64,000 nucleotides of DNA from an uncultured Chloroflexia bacterium (GTDB lineage Bacteria; Chloroflexota; Anaerolineae; Anaerolineales; UBA11858). A model generated the notes under the pieces. That model saw only the letters and a list, made by a program, of their open reading frames with translations, was not told the DNA's origin and did not search any database. The stretch covers positions 553,664 to 617,663 of the forward strand of contig CAWHCC010000007.1 of the NCBI GenBank assembly GCA_963827805.1, in the 5' to 3' direction. The position numbers and the translations under genes are program-made. Of this stretch, positions 9,519-19,937 are shown piece by piece; the first letter of the stretch is position 1; the number at the start of each line of letters is the position of its first letter.

Positions 9519-10217
9519 ATGGAACTTATCTGGAACGGAATAATTGAGGCGATAAAATTATTGTTTAGTGGGGATCCTGAAGTTTACCAAATCACATTAT
9601 TATCTCTAAAAATATCGGGTATAGCTACGGGGTTAAGTCTGTTGGTGGGATTACCCTTAGGGACATCCCTGGCTTTGGGCCGTTTTTGCACCCGTGAGTT
9701 TTGGTTGAGCCTTATCAATACGGGTATGGCTCTCCCGCCAGTAGTCGTTGGTTTAGGCGTATCGATCATGCTTTGGCGCAGCGGTCCTCTTGGTGATCAT
9801 GGTTGGATGTACACACAAACCGCCATGATCCTTGCCCAATTTATTATTGCCGCGCCGGTTGTCACTGGCCTGACGGTGGCAGCGTTGCAGCAGCTTGATC
9901 CCCGTTTTCAGTTGCAATTGCTGGGTCTGGGTGCCTCGCGCTGGCAGGTAATCTGGCTGCTCTGGCGCGAAGCTCGGTTACCCCTCCTGGCAGCGCTGAT
10001 GGCCGGGTTTGGGGCGGTAATTTCCGAAGTTGGGGCCTCAATGATGGTAGGTGGAAATCTGCGCTACCAGACCCGGGTACTGACGACGGCAATTGTGCTG
10101 GAGAATGGAAAAGGGAATTTCGAAGTTGCGATTGCATTAAGCGCAATTCTTTTACTGTTAGCCTACCTGGTGACAATGGGGTTGACCTGGCTGCAGCAAA
10201 GGGGAGCAAAAAGCTGA
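9519..10217 (+). CDS. tupB: tungstate ABC transporter permease (TupB type)
   Basis: 232 aa polytopic ABC permease located between tupA and tupC. Confidence 0.8.
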   Translation: MELIWNGIIEAIKLLFSGDPEVYQITLLSLKISGIATGLSLLVGLPLGTSLALGRFCTREFWLSLINTGMALPPVVVGLGVSIMLWRSGPLGDHGWMYTQTAMILAQFIIAAPVVTGLTVAALQQLDPRFQLQLLGLGASRWQVIWLLWREARLPLLAALMAGFGAVISEVGASMMVGGNLRYQTRVLTTAIVLENGKGNFEVAIALSAILLLLAYLVTMGLTWLQQRGAKS

Positions 10218-11317
10218 TGAGTTCCATTTTAGAGGTGAAAAATTTATTGATTCGCCGCAATTCAAAGATAGTGTTGACCGTGCCAGATTTTTCTTTGGCA
10301 GAGGGCGAGACCTTGGCTGTGATTGGCCCGAATGGTGCCGGTAAGAGTACTTTGCTGTTGGCAATCGCCCAACTTTTAAAACCTGCTCAGGGTGAAATTT
10401 TCTTTCATGATCAATTATTACGCTCAAAAGATGCACTAGATTTTCGCAGGAAGATTGCGCTGGTTTTACAAGACCCACTTCTTTTAGATGGCTCCGTTTT
10501 TGATAATATCGCCACTGGTCTCCGCTTTCGGCGAGTTTCAAAAACTGAAACTAATCGCCGTGTAAATGGATGGCTGGATCGTTTAGGGATCGCCCATCTT
10601 CGAGATCGAGCTTCACATCAGCTTTCAGGGGGGGAGGCGCAGAGAGTCAGCCTCGCCCGTGCCTTTGCCATAGAACCTGAAATTCTGCTGCTAGATGAGC
10701 CTTTCGGTGCCCTAGACGCACCTACACGTACTCGTTTGCTCGATGATTTCAACACAGTGATTACAGAAACAGAAATGACAGCAATTTTTGTGACCCACAA
10801 TCAAGACGAGGCTCTGCTAATGGGCGATCGTGTGGCGGTCTTCATCGATGGGCAGTTGCGACAAATTGGATCACCAGAAAGCGTTTTTAACATGCCTGCC
10901 GATTCGGATGTGGCTGCTTTTGTAGGTGTTGATACTGTAATTCCAGGGCGAGTCATCGGTCTCGAAGATGGCTGTGTGGTTATTCAGGCTGGGGGGTTGC
11001 AGCTCGAAGCTGTTGGTGAAATAAAATTGGGTAGGGATGTTTATTTCTGTTTGCGCCCGGAGGATATTACTGTGTGGATGGGGAATCAATTACCGGTATC
11101 TAGCGCCCGTAATCGACTTTCAGGCCAAGTCACACAAATGAAACGTCTGGGTGCATTGGTTCGGGTAGAAGTACGCTGCTGTGATGATGGGACGGAGGAT
11201 GGTTTTTCGCTGGTGGCGCTCGTCACATATCCATCTGCACAAGAGATGGCGTTGGAAATAAACCAACTGGTAACGCTTACTTTTAAGGCCAGCGCGGTAC
11301 ATTTGATCGGGCGATAA
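10217..11317 (+). CDS. tupC: tungstate ABC transporter ATP-binding protein with a C-terminal TOBE-like domain
   Basis: Walker A GPNGAGKST, signature LSGGEAQR, Walker B LLLDEP. The start overlaps the tupB stop (ATGA-type coupling). Confidence 0.85.
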   Translation: MSSILEVKNLLIRRNSKIVLTVPDFSLAEGETLAVIGPNGAGKSTLLLAIAQLLKPAQGEIFFHDQLLRSKDALDFRRKIALVLQDPLLLDGSVFDNIATGLRFRRVSKTETNRRVNGWLDRLGIAHLRDRASHQLSGGEAQRVSLARAFAIEPEILLLDEPFGALDAPTRTRLLDDFNTVITETEMTAIFVTHNQDEALLMGDRVAVFIDGQLRQIGSPESVFNMPADSDVAAFVGVDTVIPGRVIGLEDGCVVIQAGGLQLEAVGEIKLGRDVYFCLRPEDITVWMGNQLPVSSARNRLSGQVTQMKRLGALVRVEVRCCDDGTEDGFSLVALVTYPSAQEMALEINQLVTLTFKASAVHLIGR

Positions 11318-11371
11318 TGATCTTCTGGAATTAGACGCGGCAAAGGATAATTTGTCTTAAGGTGCATTTTT

Positions 11372-12238
11372 ATGAAGGTTAGTTTAGCTTATCAGGCAAA
11401 TGACAGTTTAGGTGAGGGTCCGGTTTGGGTGCCAGGAGAGCAGGCGCTTTACTGGGTCGATATTACGCGCCCAGCTTTGCAAAGATGGCATCCAAAGAGC
11501 GGTCAATATCAGAGTTGGTCGATGCCCACTGATATCGGTTGTTTTGCGCTTCGCCAGCAGGGTGGTGTGGTCGTCGCATTGAGAACCGGGTTCTTTTTCT
11601 TTGATTTTACCAATGGCAGGTTCACTCCCATTGGTGACCCTGAAGCAGATAAACCGTACACCCGATTCAATGATGGGAAATGTGATCGTCGTGGCCGATT
11701 TTGAGCGGGTACGATGGATGAAGATGCGCTAAATACCCGAGGAGGACTTTATAGGCTGGATTTTGATGGGAGCTACCAACCGATGAAAACGGGGGTTGGC
11801 ATATCGAATGGGTTAGGCTGGAGCCCGGATAATAGAATCATGTATTACACGGATTCTATTAAGCGAACGATTTGGGCTTATGATTTTGATCTTGAAGAAG
11901 GCACGATTTCGAATCGAAAAGTATTTGCCCAAACCCCAGAGGATTATGTTCCCGATGGGTTGACAGTCGATGCTGATGGTTTGGTTTGGAGCGCGAAATG
12001 GGATGGTTGGAAGGTCGTGCGGTACACCCCCAATGGTTCTGTTGATTTGGAAGTGCCGCTTCCCATTCAGCGACCCACCAGCTGTATGTTTGGCGGTCCA
12101 AATTTCAACCTGCTTTATATCACATCTGCAAGTACTGGATTGAGCGAATTTGAACTTCAAGAACAACCATCCGCAGGGAGTATTTTTGTGTATGAAACTG
12201 ATATTCCAGGTTTGCCAGAACCGCGTTTTGCCGGGTAA
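11372..12238 (+). pseudogene. SMP-30/gluconolactonase/LRE-family protein with an in-frame TGA
   Basis: ORFs 11372-11704 and 11714-12238 are in the same frame. The junction reads NDGKCDRRGRF-TGA-AGTMDE, and the family consensus has Trp there (RFWAGTM), so TGG became TGA. Confidence 0.75.
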
Positions 12239-12302
12239 TTCCGGTGGAAGAATTAGAACTAAAATCTCAGAAATAGTAAGTGTTTGATCCGTTTGCTCAA
12301 TC

Positions 12303-12333
12303 AAAAAAGGCCGGGAATTTTCCCGGCCTTTTC
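12303..12333. terminator. bidirectional intrinsic terminator
   Basis: GGCCGGGA-ATTT-TCCCGGCC hairpin flanked by A6 and T4, between convergent genes. Confidence 0.65.
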
Positions 12334-12359
12334 AGTTTGAGATAAGTTATCAACCACGC

Positions 12360-13589
12360 TTACTCAGTACAAACCTCTAAAACGACATCGTCAACATACA
12401 TCGCCGTTTTACCGCCACTACCATCATTGTAGGTAGTAAACGCAACCCAGATGGTTTTTCCTTTGTAGTTCATCAAACTGTAGGAATTTGAAGCTGTCCA
12501 GGTTTGAGAATTACTCAGGATACTCATCATTGTCCAATCATGTGTCGTATCCTCATTCAGAATCAATGCCATTTGCTGGTCAATATAAGGATCGCTCTCT
12601 ATATTTTCAAAAGGATGTTGTGCCAGGTTGGCAAGGTTCGAAATCAAACGGAAGGGTAATGATTTGCTGGTTTGAGGACGATAATAGAAGGTTAAATCTG
12701 CACTTGTGGCGTCGTTGGGGATACTCACCGGCTGCCAAACAGAAGAATAACTATATATATTATCGGCTAGGTTGATCCCGGTTCGCATCGAAGTTTCACC
12801 CGTGTGGAATATCGAAGTTGTATACTTAGCGGGATAGTTTGTGGTTGGTATATACCAAGCTACATCTGGTTCTTCAAAACCACCGTTCAAGATGATATTT
12901 GAACAACTCGGAGGCGGTGTAGGTGTGGGAGTATCTGGTGTGGGTGAGGGTGTTAGCGATGGCGTGGGGGTAGGCGTATCTGGAGTGGGTGTGATGGTTG
13001 TTGGGACGGTTGTCATTTTTAAAAGTAATGGCAAATAGACATACCATTCGACCACCCCAAAATATACAGATCCATTAGTCCACGTTCCCGGGATACTGGC
13101 ACCCGACCCTCCAAGAGAGGGTGGTGGGTCAGATGAAAACACAACTGGTGCAGTGATCCCATCTGGCGCATCCAAAGTTTTTAGTTTGATGGTTACAAAT
13201 ATCCCATCGGGCATCGGGTCTAAATCCACACCAAATCCGACGATATTACAATCCAGTTCACCATCGATATCGCTGGCATCGAAGCTGCAACCCTTGGAGT
13301 AATTATCGGGGATATTGGAAAAAACAATCGCATTATTAACTGCGGGGTCGTATTCAAGCCAAGTTTCATCATAGTCGATCGAAAAGATCATACTTGTGAC
13401 ATTCTCGCCATCACTGACGTAAGAAATCGGAATTTCCACAATATCATTTGCCTGGGCAGAAATATTACTGGGAATGGTTATTTCCGGTCCAACGGTCACG
13501 GAGGCTAGAACCGTCCCAAAGCTGATAACGATCATGGCAACTAGCAGCGTTAGGATGAGGGTCAGTCTGATTTTTGCTGAGTTTCGCAT
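12360..13589 (-). CDS. secreted protein: N-terminal cohesin-like domain, Pro/Thr linker, C-terminal beta-rich domain
   Basis: Signal/anchor sequence, then a cohesin-like pattern (ANDIVEIPISYVSDGENVTSMIFSIDYDETWLEYD), then the linker TPTPDTPTPTPSLTPSPTPDTPTPTPPP. Confidence 0.6.
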   Translation of the reverse strand: MRNSAKIRLTLILTLLVAMIVISFGTVLASVTVGPEITIPSNISAQANDIVEIPISYVSDGENVTSMIFSIDYDETWLEYDPAVNNAIVFSNIPDNYSKGCSFDASDIDGELDCNIVGFGVDLDPMPDGIFVTIKLKTLDAPDGITAPVVFSSDPPPSLGGSGASIPGTWTNGSVYFGVVEWYVYLPLLLKMTTVPTTITPTPDTPTPTPSLTPSPTPDTPTPTPPPSCSNIILNGGFEEPDVAWYIPTTNYPAKYTTSIFHTGETSMRTGINLADNIYSYSSVWQPVSIPNDATSADLTFYYRPQTSKSLPFRLISNLANLAQHPFENIESDPYIDQQMALILNEDTTHDWTMMSILSNSQTWTASNSYSLMNYKGKTIWVAFTTYNDGSGGKTAMYVDDVVLEVCTE

Positions 13590-13616
13590 AGAATTTCTCC
13601 TTCTGAGATAACTTTG

Positions 13617-13655
13617 CCAGTCAGGATGCCAGTTTTATGCCAACATCCTGACTGG
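13617..13655. other. perfect 12-bp hairpin between two minus-strand genes
   Basis: CCAGTCAGGATG ... CATCCTGACTGG with a 15-nt loop. No U-tract on either strand. Confidence 0.5.
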
Positions 13656-13688
13656 AACTCTTTCTCAAATTCAGGGCTGATCCATTAC

Positions 13689-16600
13689 TTAAGGCAACTG
13701 AGATGCATTCGAATCTTGAGTGGAGAGTTGAATAAACATCTCTTCGCCAGCGGAAGAAGAAACCCCAGTGCAGCCAGTATCACCAAAGATGATCAATACA
13801 GTACAGGAGATATCACCGGCATCTACCACGTAATCCTGATTGGGATTGCATCCAACTGCATTACCTGCGAAAACACCTGTGATGGGATTGATATTAGGCG
13901 TATCGCCTGGGAGCATTCCATCTCCATCGAAGATCTCTAGGACAAGGGCGCTCAGGTCGCCTGCGTCGACAACATTGTCACCGTTGCAGTCACCGAGTTG
14001 TCCAGGGAGGATGCGTACGAATCCATCTAGGGCCAAGCCAGAGACACTCACCCCGCTATTACCAAAGGAGGGGATCGGATCATTGGAGAAGCCTACGCGG
14101 GCGCTGCGGCTGGATCCTGGCGGGGCTGCACAGGTTGCTTTGACCTGCAATTCGATTGTCATGATTACGCCATCCGGGATGGCAATGCTCGGATTAGTAT
14201 AACTATAAATCGAAACATCAATCTCGCTGGAAGTTTCGTTGGGGTTGTACGTAGCACCCGTATAGAAGCTGTTATTGAGCATGAATTGAATGGCATCGGG
14301 GTTGCTGTCATTGAACCCAAGACATTCCTCATCGAAATCAATCGAGAAGTTGGTGGTATCGATGTTTGAGTTGTTGCCGCTGAAGAACACGGGAACGGTT
14401 ACGATTGAGCCAGTACTGGCGGGAATGCTGGAGGGAATGCTCAAGAAAATTGGAATGGTACGTTGGCTGTCATAAGCGAAGACATCCCAATGGAGATTTC
14501 CATCGTTATCTACCAGATCCGTTGCCTCAGAGACATAGCCGACATGCCGGCCATAAGCTGCTACCATCGGTGCGAATGAATGGTCGTTGGGTAAGCCTCC
14601 ATCGGTTGCTAATGAAATCCGGCTGGTCAAACCAAAGGCATAGATGCCATCGAGTGCCAACTGGCGATCATGTAAGTAGATATTACGTTTCCCATTGCTG
14701 GTGCTCTGAGTTACATCTAGATTGTTAGCTTCAGACGCGAAAGTGATAAAGCGGCCTTCACGTGAGATGGATGGAGTATAAGAATTGCCATCACTCTCGG
14801 TACCAAAGAAGCTCAATGAAACACGTGTGGTTTCAGCCAAAGCTCGATCATGTACATAGATATCTGCAAACGTGTTGGTATCCAGGGTGATTTCGTCGAG
14901 GTTTGTAGCCTCTGATGCGAACACCACAAAGTTGCCATTACCAGATATAAATGGTGTATACGATTGGGCGTCTCCTTCAGCTAAAGATGTAGCCACCGAA
15001 ACCCGGGTCGTTGTTCCAGTCGAACGATCATGCACGAAAACATCCCGGACCCCATTGCCGTCACCGGCAACAAGATTTGTAGCTTCAGATGCAAAGGCCA
15101 CAAATTGCCCGGTCTCTGATAAGGTGGGATTGAATGAATCCCCACCAAGCGCTTCTACGCTAGCAGAATCAACCGAAACCCGGAAGGTTTGGTTGGTGGC
15201 CATTCGTCGTACAAAAATATCACGCAGGTTATTTGTGTCTCCACTTACCAGATCACTGGCAGCAGATCTGAAGGCTACGAATGCGCCGTTTCCTGAGATA
15301 GAGGGATGATCAGAAGCATTGTTTCCGTTGTCATTGAGGGTGTTGTTTTCAACGGAAACTCGAGTAGTTGTGTGCGTTACACGATCATGTAAGAAAACAT
15401 CCCTGGACCCATTCGTGTCATTCATTACTAAATTGTCTGCGTCAGAGCTAAAGGCAATATAACGCCCATTATAAGAAATCGATACCTCCCAAGAATCGTT
15501 GTTGGCAGGATTGCCATCGTATCCTACTGAGATGCGCGTGGTACTAACATTTCCGGGTTCATCAAAATTACCATCATTGTCGGTGTCACGATCCCGCACA
15601 AAGATATCACGATGTCCGCCCGCGGTATCGTCAGGAACCAGGTTCCAGGCATCAGATGAGAAAGCCACATATCGTCCGGTAGCTGAAACGGCTACTTGAT
15701 ACATCTCATAAACATTGCGATCCAATCCAGAATCGTGGTTGCCTTCATAGCCTTCGGTGCTCAACGAAATTCGGGTGGTTTCACCTCCCGTACAAGCAGG
15801 ATAGCTGAACCAACCAATCCGGGTACGCCACATCATGCTGATATCGTCGTAGTACATATTGGTGTACCAGAAAACACACTCATCCATCGGGTCAATACTC
15901 ATCTGACTCTGCCGGCCCCATTGGCCATCAATGGCGGAAGCATCACCATCATCCTGAGATCCAACATAATAAGGCAGTGCGGTGCCATTCATATTGAAGA
16001 AAGTTTCACCCTGGGGCAGGGTATCAAAAGGATCGGTGCGCAATCGCCCTACATATTTAATCGCTGGATACATGGTTGAGCTAGAAACACTGAAACCCAA
16101 AGCCATATTGCCAGAGCGATCAGTCGCCAGACTACCGAGCCAGCGCGAGTGGGTGTCAGGGGCGTAAGTACCTTTTTGAACGAAATCGAGGTTATTGCTG
16201 TCGAAGAATTGCATTTCATACCAACGCAGGCCAATTTTGCCATCTGACTCTTCCACAGTGTGATTAGCCCAAAGCGAAGGTATGCCGCCTAAAATTCGGT
16301 ATTGCAAGGGACTCATCAAGCGGTCACCAAGAACAGGTACTCTTTGTGAGAACTCCCAGCTGAGAAATTACTGGGCCGATGGGCCAGTCGTTGTACTCTG
16401 TGCTGAGGGTGAAGTTTGGCTCATTCGGAATTGAGTTTCGAGTAATCCCAAAAGTCGAATAGTTGGGGTTGCTCCAATCTGTGTTGAATTCCCAAATATG
16501 CAATGCGCCTTGTTGGATGGCTGCGAAGTAATTCGGTGTGCCCGAGGCCGGAGGCATACCTAACAAATTGCTCGGTACCAGGTGCTCATAACCTTTGCTT

Positions 16601-17376
16601 TCGGTCATATAGAAATCGATCGAGCGAAAACCGGACACACCATTTGTGAGATCACTGCGGTTGAAGGCATATACTTTAGCCCCGCGGGGAGAGTTCAGTA
16701 AACCATTTTGATCAACATCGTATAAGTCAGTGGCCAAATAGTAACCATCGGGCCATAAACCCATCTTCGGAGAATCAGGGTAAAAGTCTTCATTGAACTC
16801 AATGGTTCTTACAGCATAGTAATACCAATAGCCACCATTGAAATATGGACCTGGGGCCATTGGTGCCATCAAACTATTGGAGACGGCAACACAAAGATAG
16901 TAAGGGCCGGTAGCGATTTCGGCTGGATCATAGGCAACATCGACGACAATCCAGCGTCCAGCCAGGTGGTCATACATCAAGTACGGTTGACCATGATGGA
17001 AGCCATTTTCGCCATCACAGGCAAATTCGTCAACTGTGGCATCCGTCCAGAAGGTGTTCATATCAACAGCTTCGATTAAGGTGCCACCTTTGGTGTATAA
17101 CGCAATGGCTTTGTTGACAGCCTGCATATAGTGAGTATGCCCAGCCGCGCCGGTTGTATCAGGGATAATAGTTTCATCATCCACACCGCCTGGATCGAAG
17201 TCTTCGCGATCTAACCCATTAAACTCCAAAATGGGTGGCGGCATTGTTGCGTCGGGTGCTTGCAATATAGAAGTTGAATCCGCTGCTAAGGCTGTGGTCA
17301 CTAACAAAATGCCAAAAACAACGAATAGCAAAAAAACTATTGCTGAGAACTGGGTGATCTTACGTTTTTCTTTCAT
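13689..17376 (-). pseudogene. giant secreted protein (about 1,227 aa if joined): N-terminal unknown domain, about 8 PD40/TolB-like repeats, a cohesin-like domain and a C-terminal dockerin; +1 frameshift near 16320-16350
   Basis: ORF 16324-17376 has the signal peptide and ORF 13689-16319 is contiguous but in another frame. Removing one base from the T3 run at 16343-16345 joins them. Repeats follow the pattern S..G.FVAF.S.A.NLV..DTN...DIFV.DR....TTRVSV. Dockerin: GDCNGDNVVDAGDLSALV ... NQDYVVDAGDISCTV. Confidence 0.6.
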
Positions 17377-17677
17377 GAAATTTTCCTCCGGTCTTCGGAT
17401 TATGGGTTAACAATAACAGTGATTTATGTTTTTTTCTCCCAAAGAATTTTGCTTGGTAGCAAAAATTCGTTATTATTTAATATATTCCTAGATATGAATT
17501 ATTTTAAGATTTATTCCTATACTTAAGCAATAAGGCATCGGTACGGCGTACCGTGGTGCTATTGCAAAATAATATTGCTTAACAAATGCTCAAACAAAAA
17601 GTGCAAGAAACTTGCCAGGCGGATAATTTTTAAGTAAATATCATTGATGGATATTGATCTTGAATTTCCCATAATCC

Positions 17678-18667
17678 TTAACTTGGTTTGATCTGTCTTT
17701 CCAACACATCAATGAAGATTGGTACCAGGTCTGGATCAAAGTGTTTTCCAGATTCAGATTTTAATATTTCTAACACTTCGGCATAATCTTGAGCTGAGTG
17801 ATAAGGTCGTTTCGTAGTGATTGCATCAAAAACATCGACTAATGCGAGTAAACGAGCTTCAATAGGAATCTCCCTTCCCTTAAGACCATCGGGATAACCA
17901 CTACCATCCCATCGTTCGTGGTGGTAAAGAATATATGGCATTGCAGGTTGTAAGTGTGTAATGCCCCGTAAAATTCTAGCCCCAACAGATGGGTGTTTTT
18001 TCATGATGGCCCATTCTTCATCGTTGAGAGGTCCAGGTTTATTGAGAATTTGATCAGGTACTCTTATTTTTCCAATGTCGTGAAGGCGTGCTCCTAATTC
18101 TAAAATTCTTAGGTGATCTGGCGGCCAGCGGAGTTCCTTTGCCAGTAAAGTTGCGTACTTGGTCACCCGATCCACATGTCCACGAGTGTAACGGTCACGG
18201 CCTTCGATGGCATTGGCCATCACCTTGACAGTTTCCAGATACGCCTGCCCAATGTGAGCAGTTTCCAGTTCAGCAGCACGCAATACTTTTCCATGAATTG
18301 TACGGATCAAATTGTCAGCTTCAATTGGCTTTAGAAGAAAATCTTCCACACCTAATTCTTGACCTGTGCGAATTTTATCGAGTGAGTTAGGTCCAGCTAA
18401 AAATATGAAAGGGATCGTGGTCCAATCAGAATTATTGCGGATTTCTTTGTAAAATTGAATACCGTCTAAATTCGGCATATCTAAATCAGAAATAATCAGA
18501 TCTGGATTGAAGCGTTCTAATAACTGTAAAGCCTCATTGCCATCTGCCGCCTGGATGATTGAATAATTTTCAATTTGGAGAATTTGGGCAATATTTTGAC
18601 GAGCTTTGTGATCGTCGTCAACCAGCATAATATTTTTGCTTGGCACTGGCAGGGTTGGATTTACCAT
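17678..18667 (-). CDS. response regulator with HD-GYP phosphodiesterase output domain
   Basis: I used the internal ATG at 18667 (MVNPTLPVPSKNIMLVDDD). Receiver motifs are DDD and DLIISDLDMPNLDG. The HD-GYP motifs are HDIGK and HHERWDGSGYPDG. Confidence 0.85.
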   Translation of the reverse strand: MVNPTLPVPSKNIMLVDDDHKARQNIAQILQIENYSIIQAADGNEALQLLERFNPDLIISDLDMPNLDGIQFYKEIRNNSDWTTIPFIFLAGPNSLDKIRTGQELGVEDFLLKPIEADNLIRTIHGKVLRAAELETAHIGQAYLETVKVMANAIEGRDRYTRGHVDRVTKYATLLAKELRWPPDHLRILELGARLHDIGKIRVPDQILNKPGPLNDEEWAIMKKHPSVGARILRGITHLQPAMPYILYHHERWDGSGYPDGLKGREIPIEARLLALVDVFDAITTKRPYHSAQDYAEVLEILKSESGKHFDPDLVPIFIDVLERQIKPS

Positions 18668-18911
18668 GTTTTCTGGTGACTCCTGAGGGAACAGGCAATC
18701 AGATAAAATAAGGATAATAATCCGTCTTAATTTAAGAAGAACTAAAGATGTATAATACTTTTTTGACACTAGTCCCAATTTAGTGTATCAGAAAATGCCA
18801 TCCAAAGGAATACTTGTTACGTTCCCAACTCAAGTCTAACAAAAGTGTAAGAATGAGAAAGAAATTTTGGTTGTAGAACAAAAAATTCTGGCTCATCTGG
18901 CATTAGTGTGC

Positions 18912-18950
18912 AAAAAAATACCCTGTCACCCTGCGCGAAAGCGCAGGGTG
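18912..18950 (-). terminator. possible terminator downstream of the 19064-19930 gene
   Basis: A perfect 10-bp stem (CACCCTGCGC / GCGCAGGGTG) is followed on the minus strand by an 8-nt spacer and U7. The spacer is atypical. Confidence 0.35.
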
Positions 18951-19063
18951 TATCGTAGCGCTGTATGCTTCTTCCGTGCCTCAGCAGGACGCCCACTTTT
19001 CACACAAGAGCTAAAATTTTTCTCGCTTTCTCTTCCGCAGCGGTTGGATAAACTGCTCAAGTT

Positions 19064-19930
19064 TTAAGGATGAAAAATTTCAAAAACTGTAAAGTCAACC
19101 CAATAAAGACCCTCGGTGTTAGGGACAGAATCGATTAAACTGTTCCCAATTTCGGCTGGAGGGTCTTCAAGCTCTTTCCACCAAACTTTATCGGACAAAT
19201 AGCCATATTGGAATCCAACTGGAGCAGGGGCAAATGCTTCCCCCCATCGTTTGAATTCAGCTGCCATCGCTTCTTGAGAATTGAGCCCTTGACTGTCATC
19301 GATAAATACCAGTCCATCGCGTTCAGTGGGAGGCATCCAATCGATTTCCCAATGTTTCAAGAATACGCGATACTGTTCCCCGTGTGAGCGGGCCGCGGCA
19401 ACCCAGGTTCGGGCTTCCTCATCGGTGATCGGCTTCCCTTCTGGAATTTTATAGGAGTGATACCATTCAACATCAACACCCACGCCAATCACACAGGGAT
19501 GGTGTCCATACTGGTTCAACATTGCGTGAATTAATTCCTCCACGGGAGCCATCCCGGGTTCGACTTGCAGCCAAATTTGAACTCCGATTTCATCAAACAA
19601 ATCGAATGCTGCCTCGTTGCCGTCGACCGCAGTATCCATCACATACTTGCTATCAATTCCTGTGGGAAAATTGATAAAGGTGCCTTCGCCGTTGATGATA
19701 CCGAGGATCCAGATTCCCTGAGGAACCGCGCCCTCGAATTTCTCTGCCATTTGGATTCCTACATTTGCCCAATATTCTGGACCAGGGTTATACGGAGGCC
19801 CATAAGACGAAAATCGGAATCCGGCTCCCAGCGGGTAGTTGTCCATTGAGGTGCCTCCAAAGGTAGAGCAGCTGCTAATAAACAATCCGCACAGGATTAA
19901 GAACCTTAACCAACAAAAAGTTTTTTTCAA
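19064..19930 (-). CDS. hypothetical lipoprotein (possibly glycan-related; no family recognised)
   Basis: Lipobox LFISSC. I prefer the TTG start at 19930 because the tracked GTG start overlaps the pullulanase C-terminus. It lies downstream of the pullulanase. Confidence 0.55.
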   Translation of the reverse strand: MKKTFCWLRFLILCGLFISSCSTFGGTSMDNYPLGAGFRFSSYGPPYNPGPEYWANVGIQMAEKFEGAVPQGIWILGIINGEGTFINFPTGIDSKYVMDTAVDGNEAAFDLFDEIGVQIWLQVEPGMAPVEELIHAMLNQYGHHPCVIGVGVDVEWYHSYKIPEGKPITDEEARTWVAAARSHGEQYRVFLKHWEIDWMPPTERDGLVFIDDSQGLNSQEAMAAEFKRWGEAFAPAPVGFQYGYLSDKVWWKELEDPPAEIGNSLIDSVPNTEGLYWVDFTVFEIFHP

Positions 19931-19937
19931 TTTGTAC

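Noticed and set aside
12890-13010. Repetitive DNA (GGTGT/GGAGT-rich) that might suggest a tandem repeat or CRISPR-like array.
   Set aside because: It is the coding sequence of a Pro/Thr linker (TPTPDTPTPTPSLTPSPTPDTPTPTPPP) on the minus strand, with no spacer and repeat periodicity. I saw no CRISPR array anywhere in the window.
18867-19067. 66-aa plus-strand ORF in the gap between the HD-GYP regulator gene and the lipoprotein gene.
   Set aside because: It contains the 10-bp perfect hairpin at 18927-18950 and has no Shine-Dalgarno. It is more likely intergenic terminator or promoter sequence.
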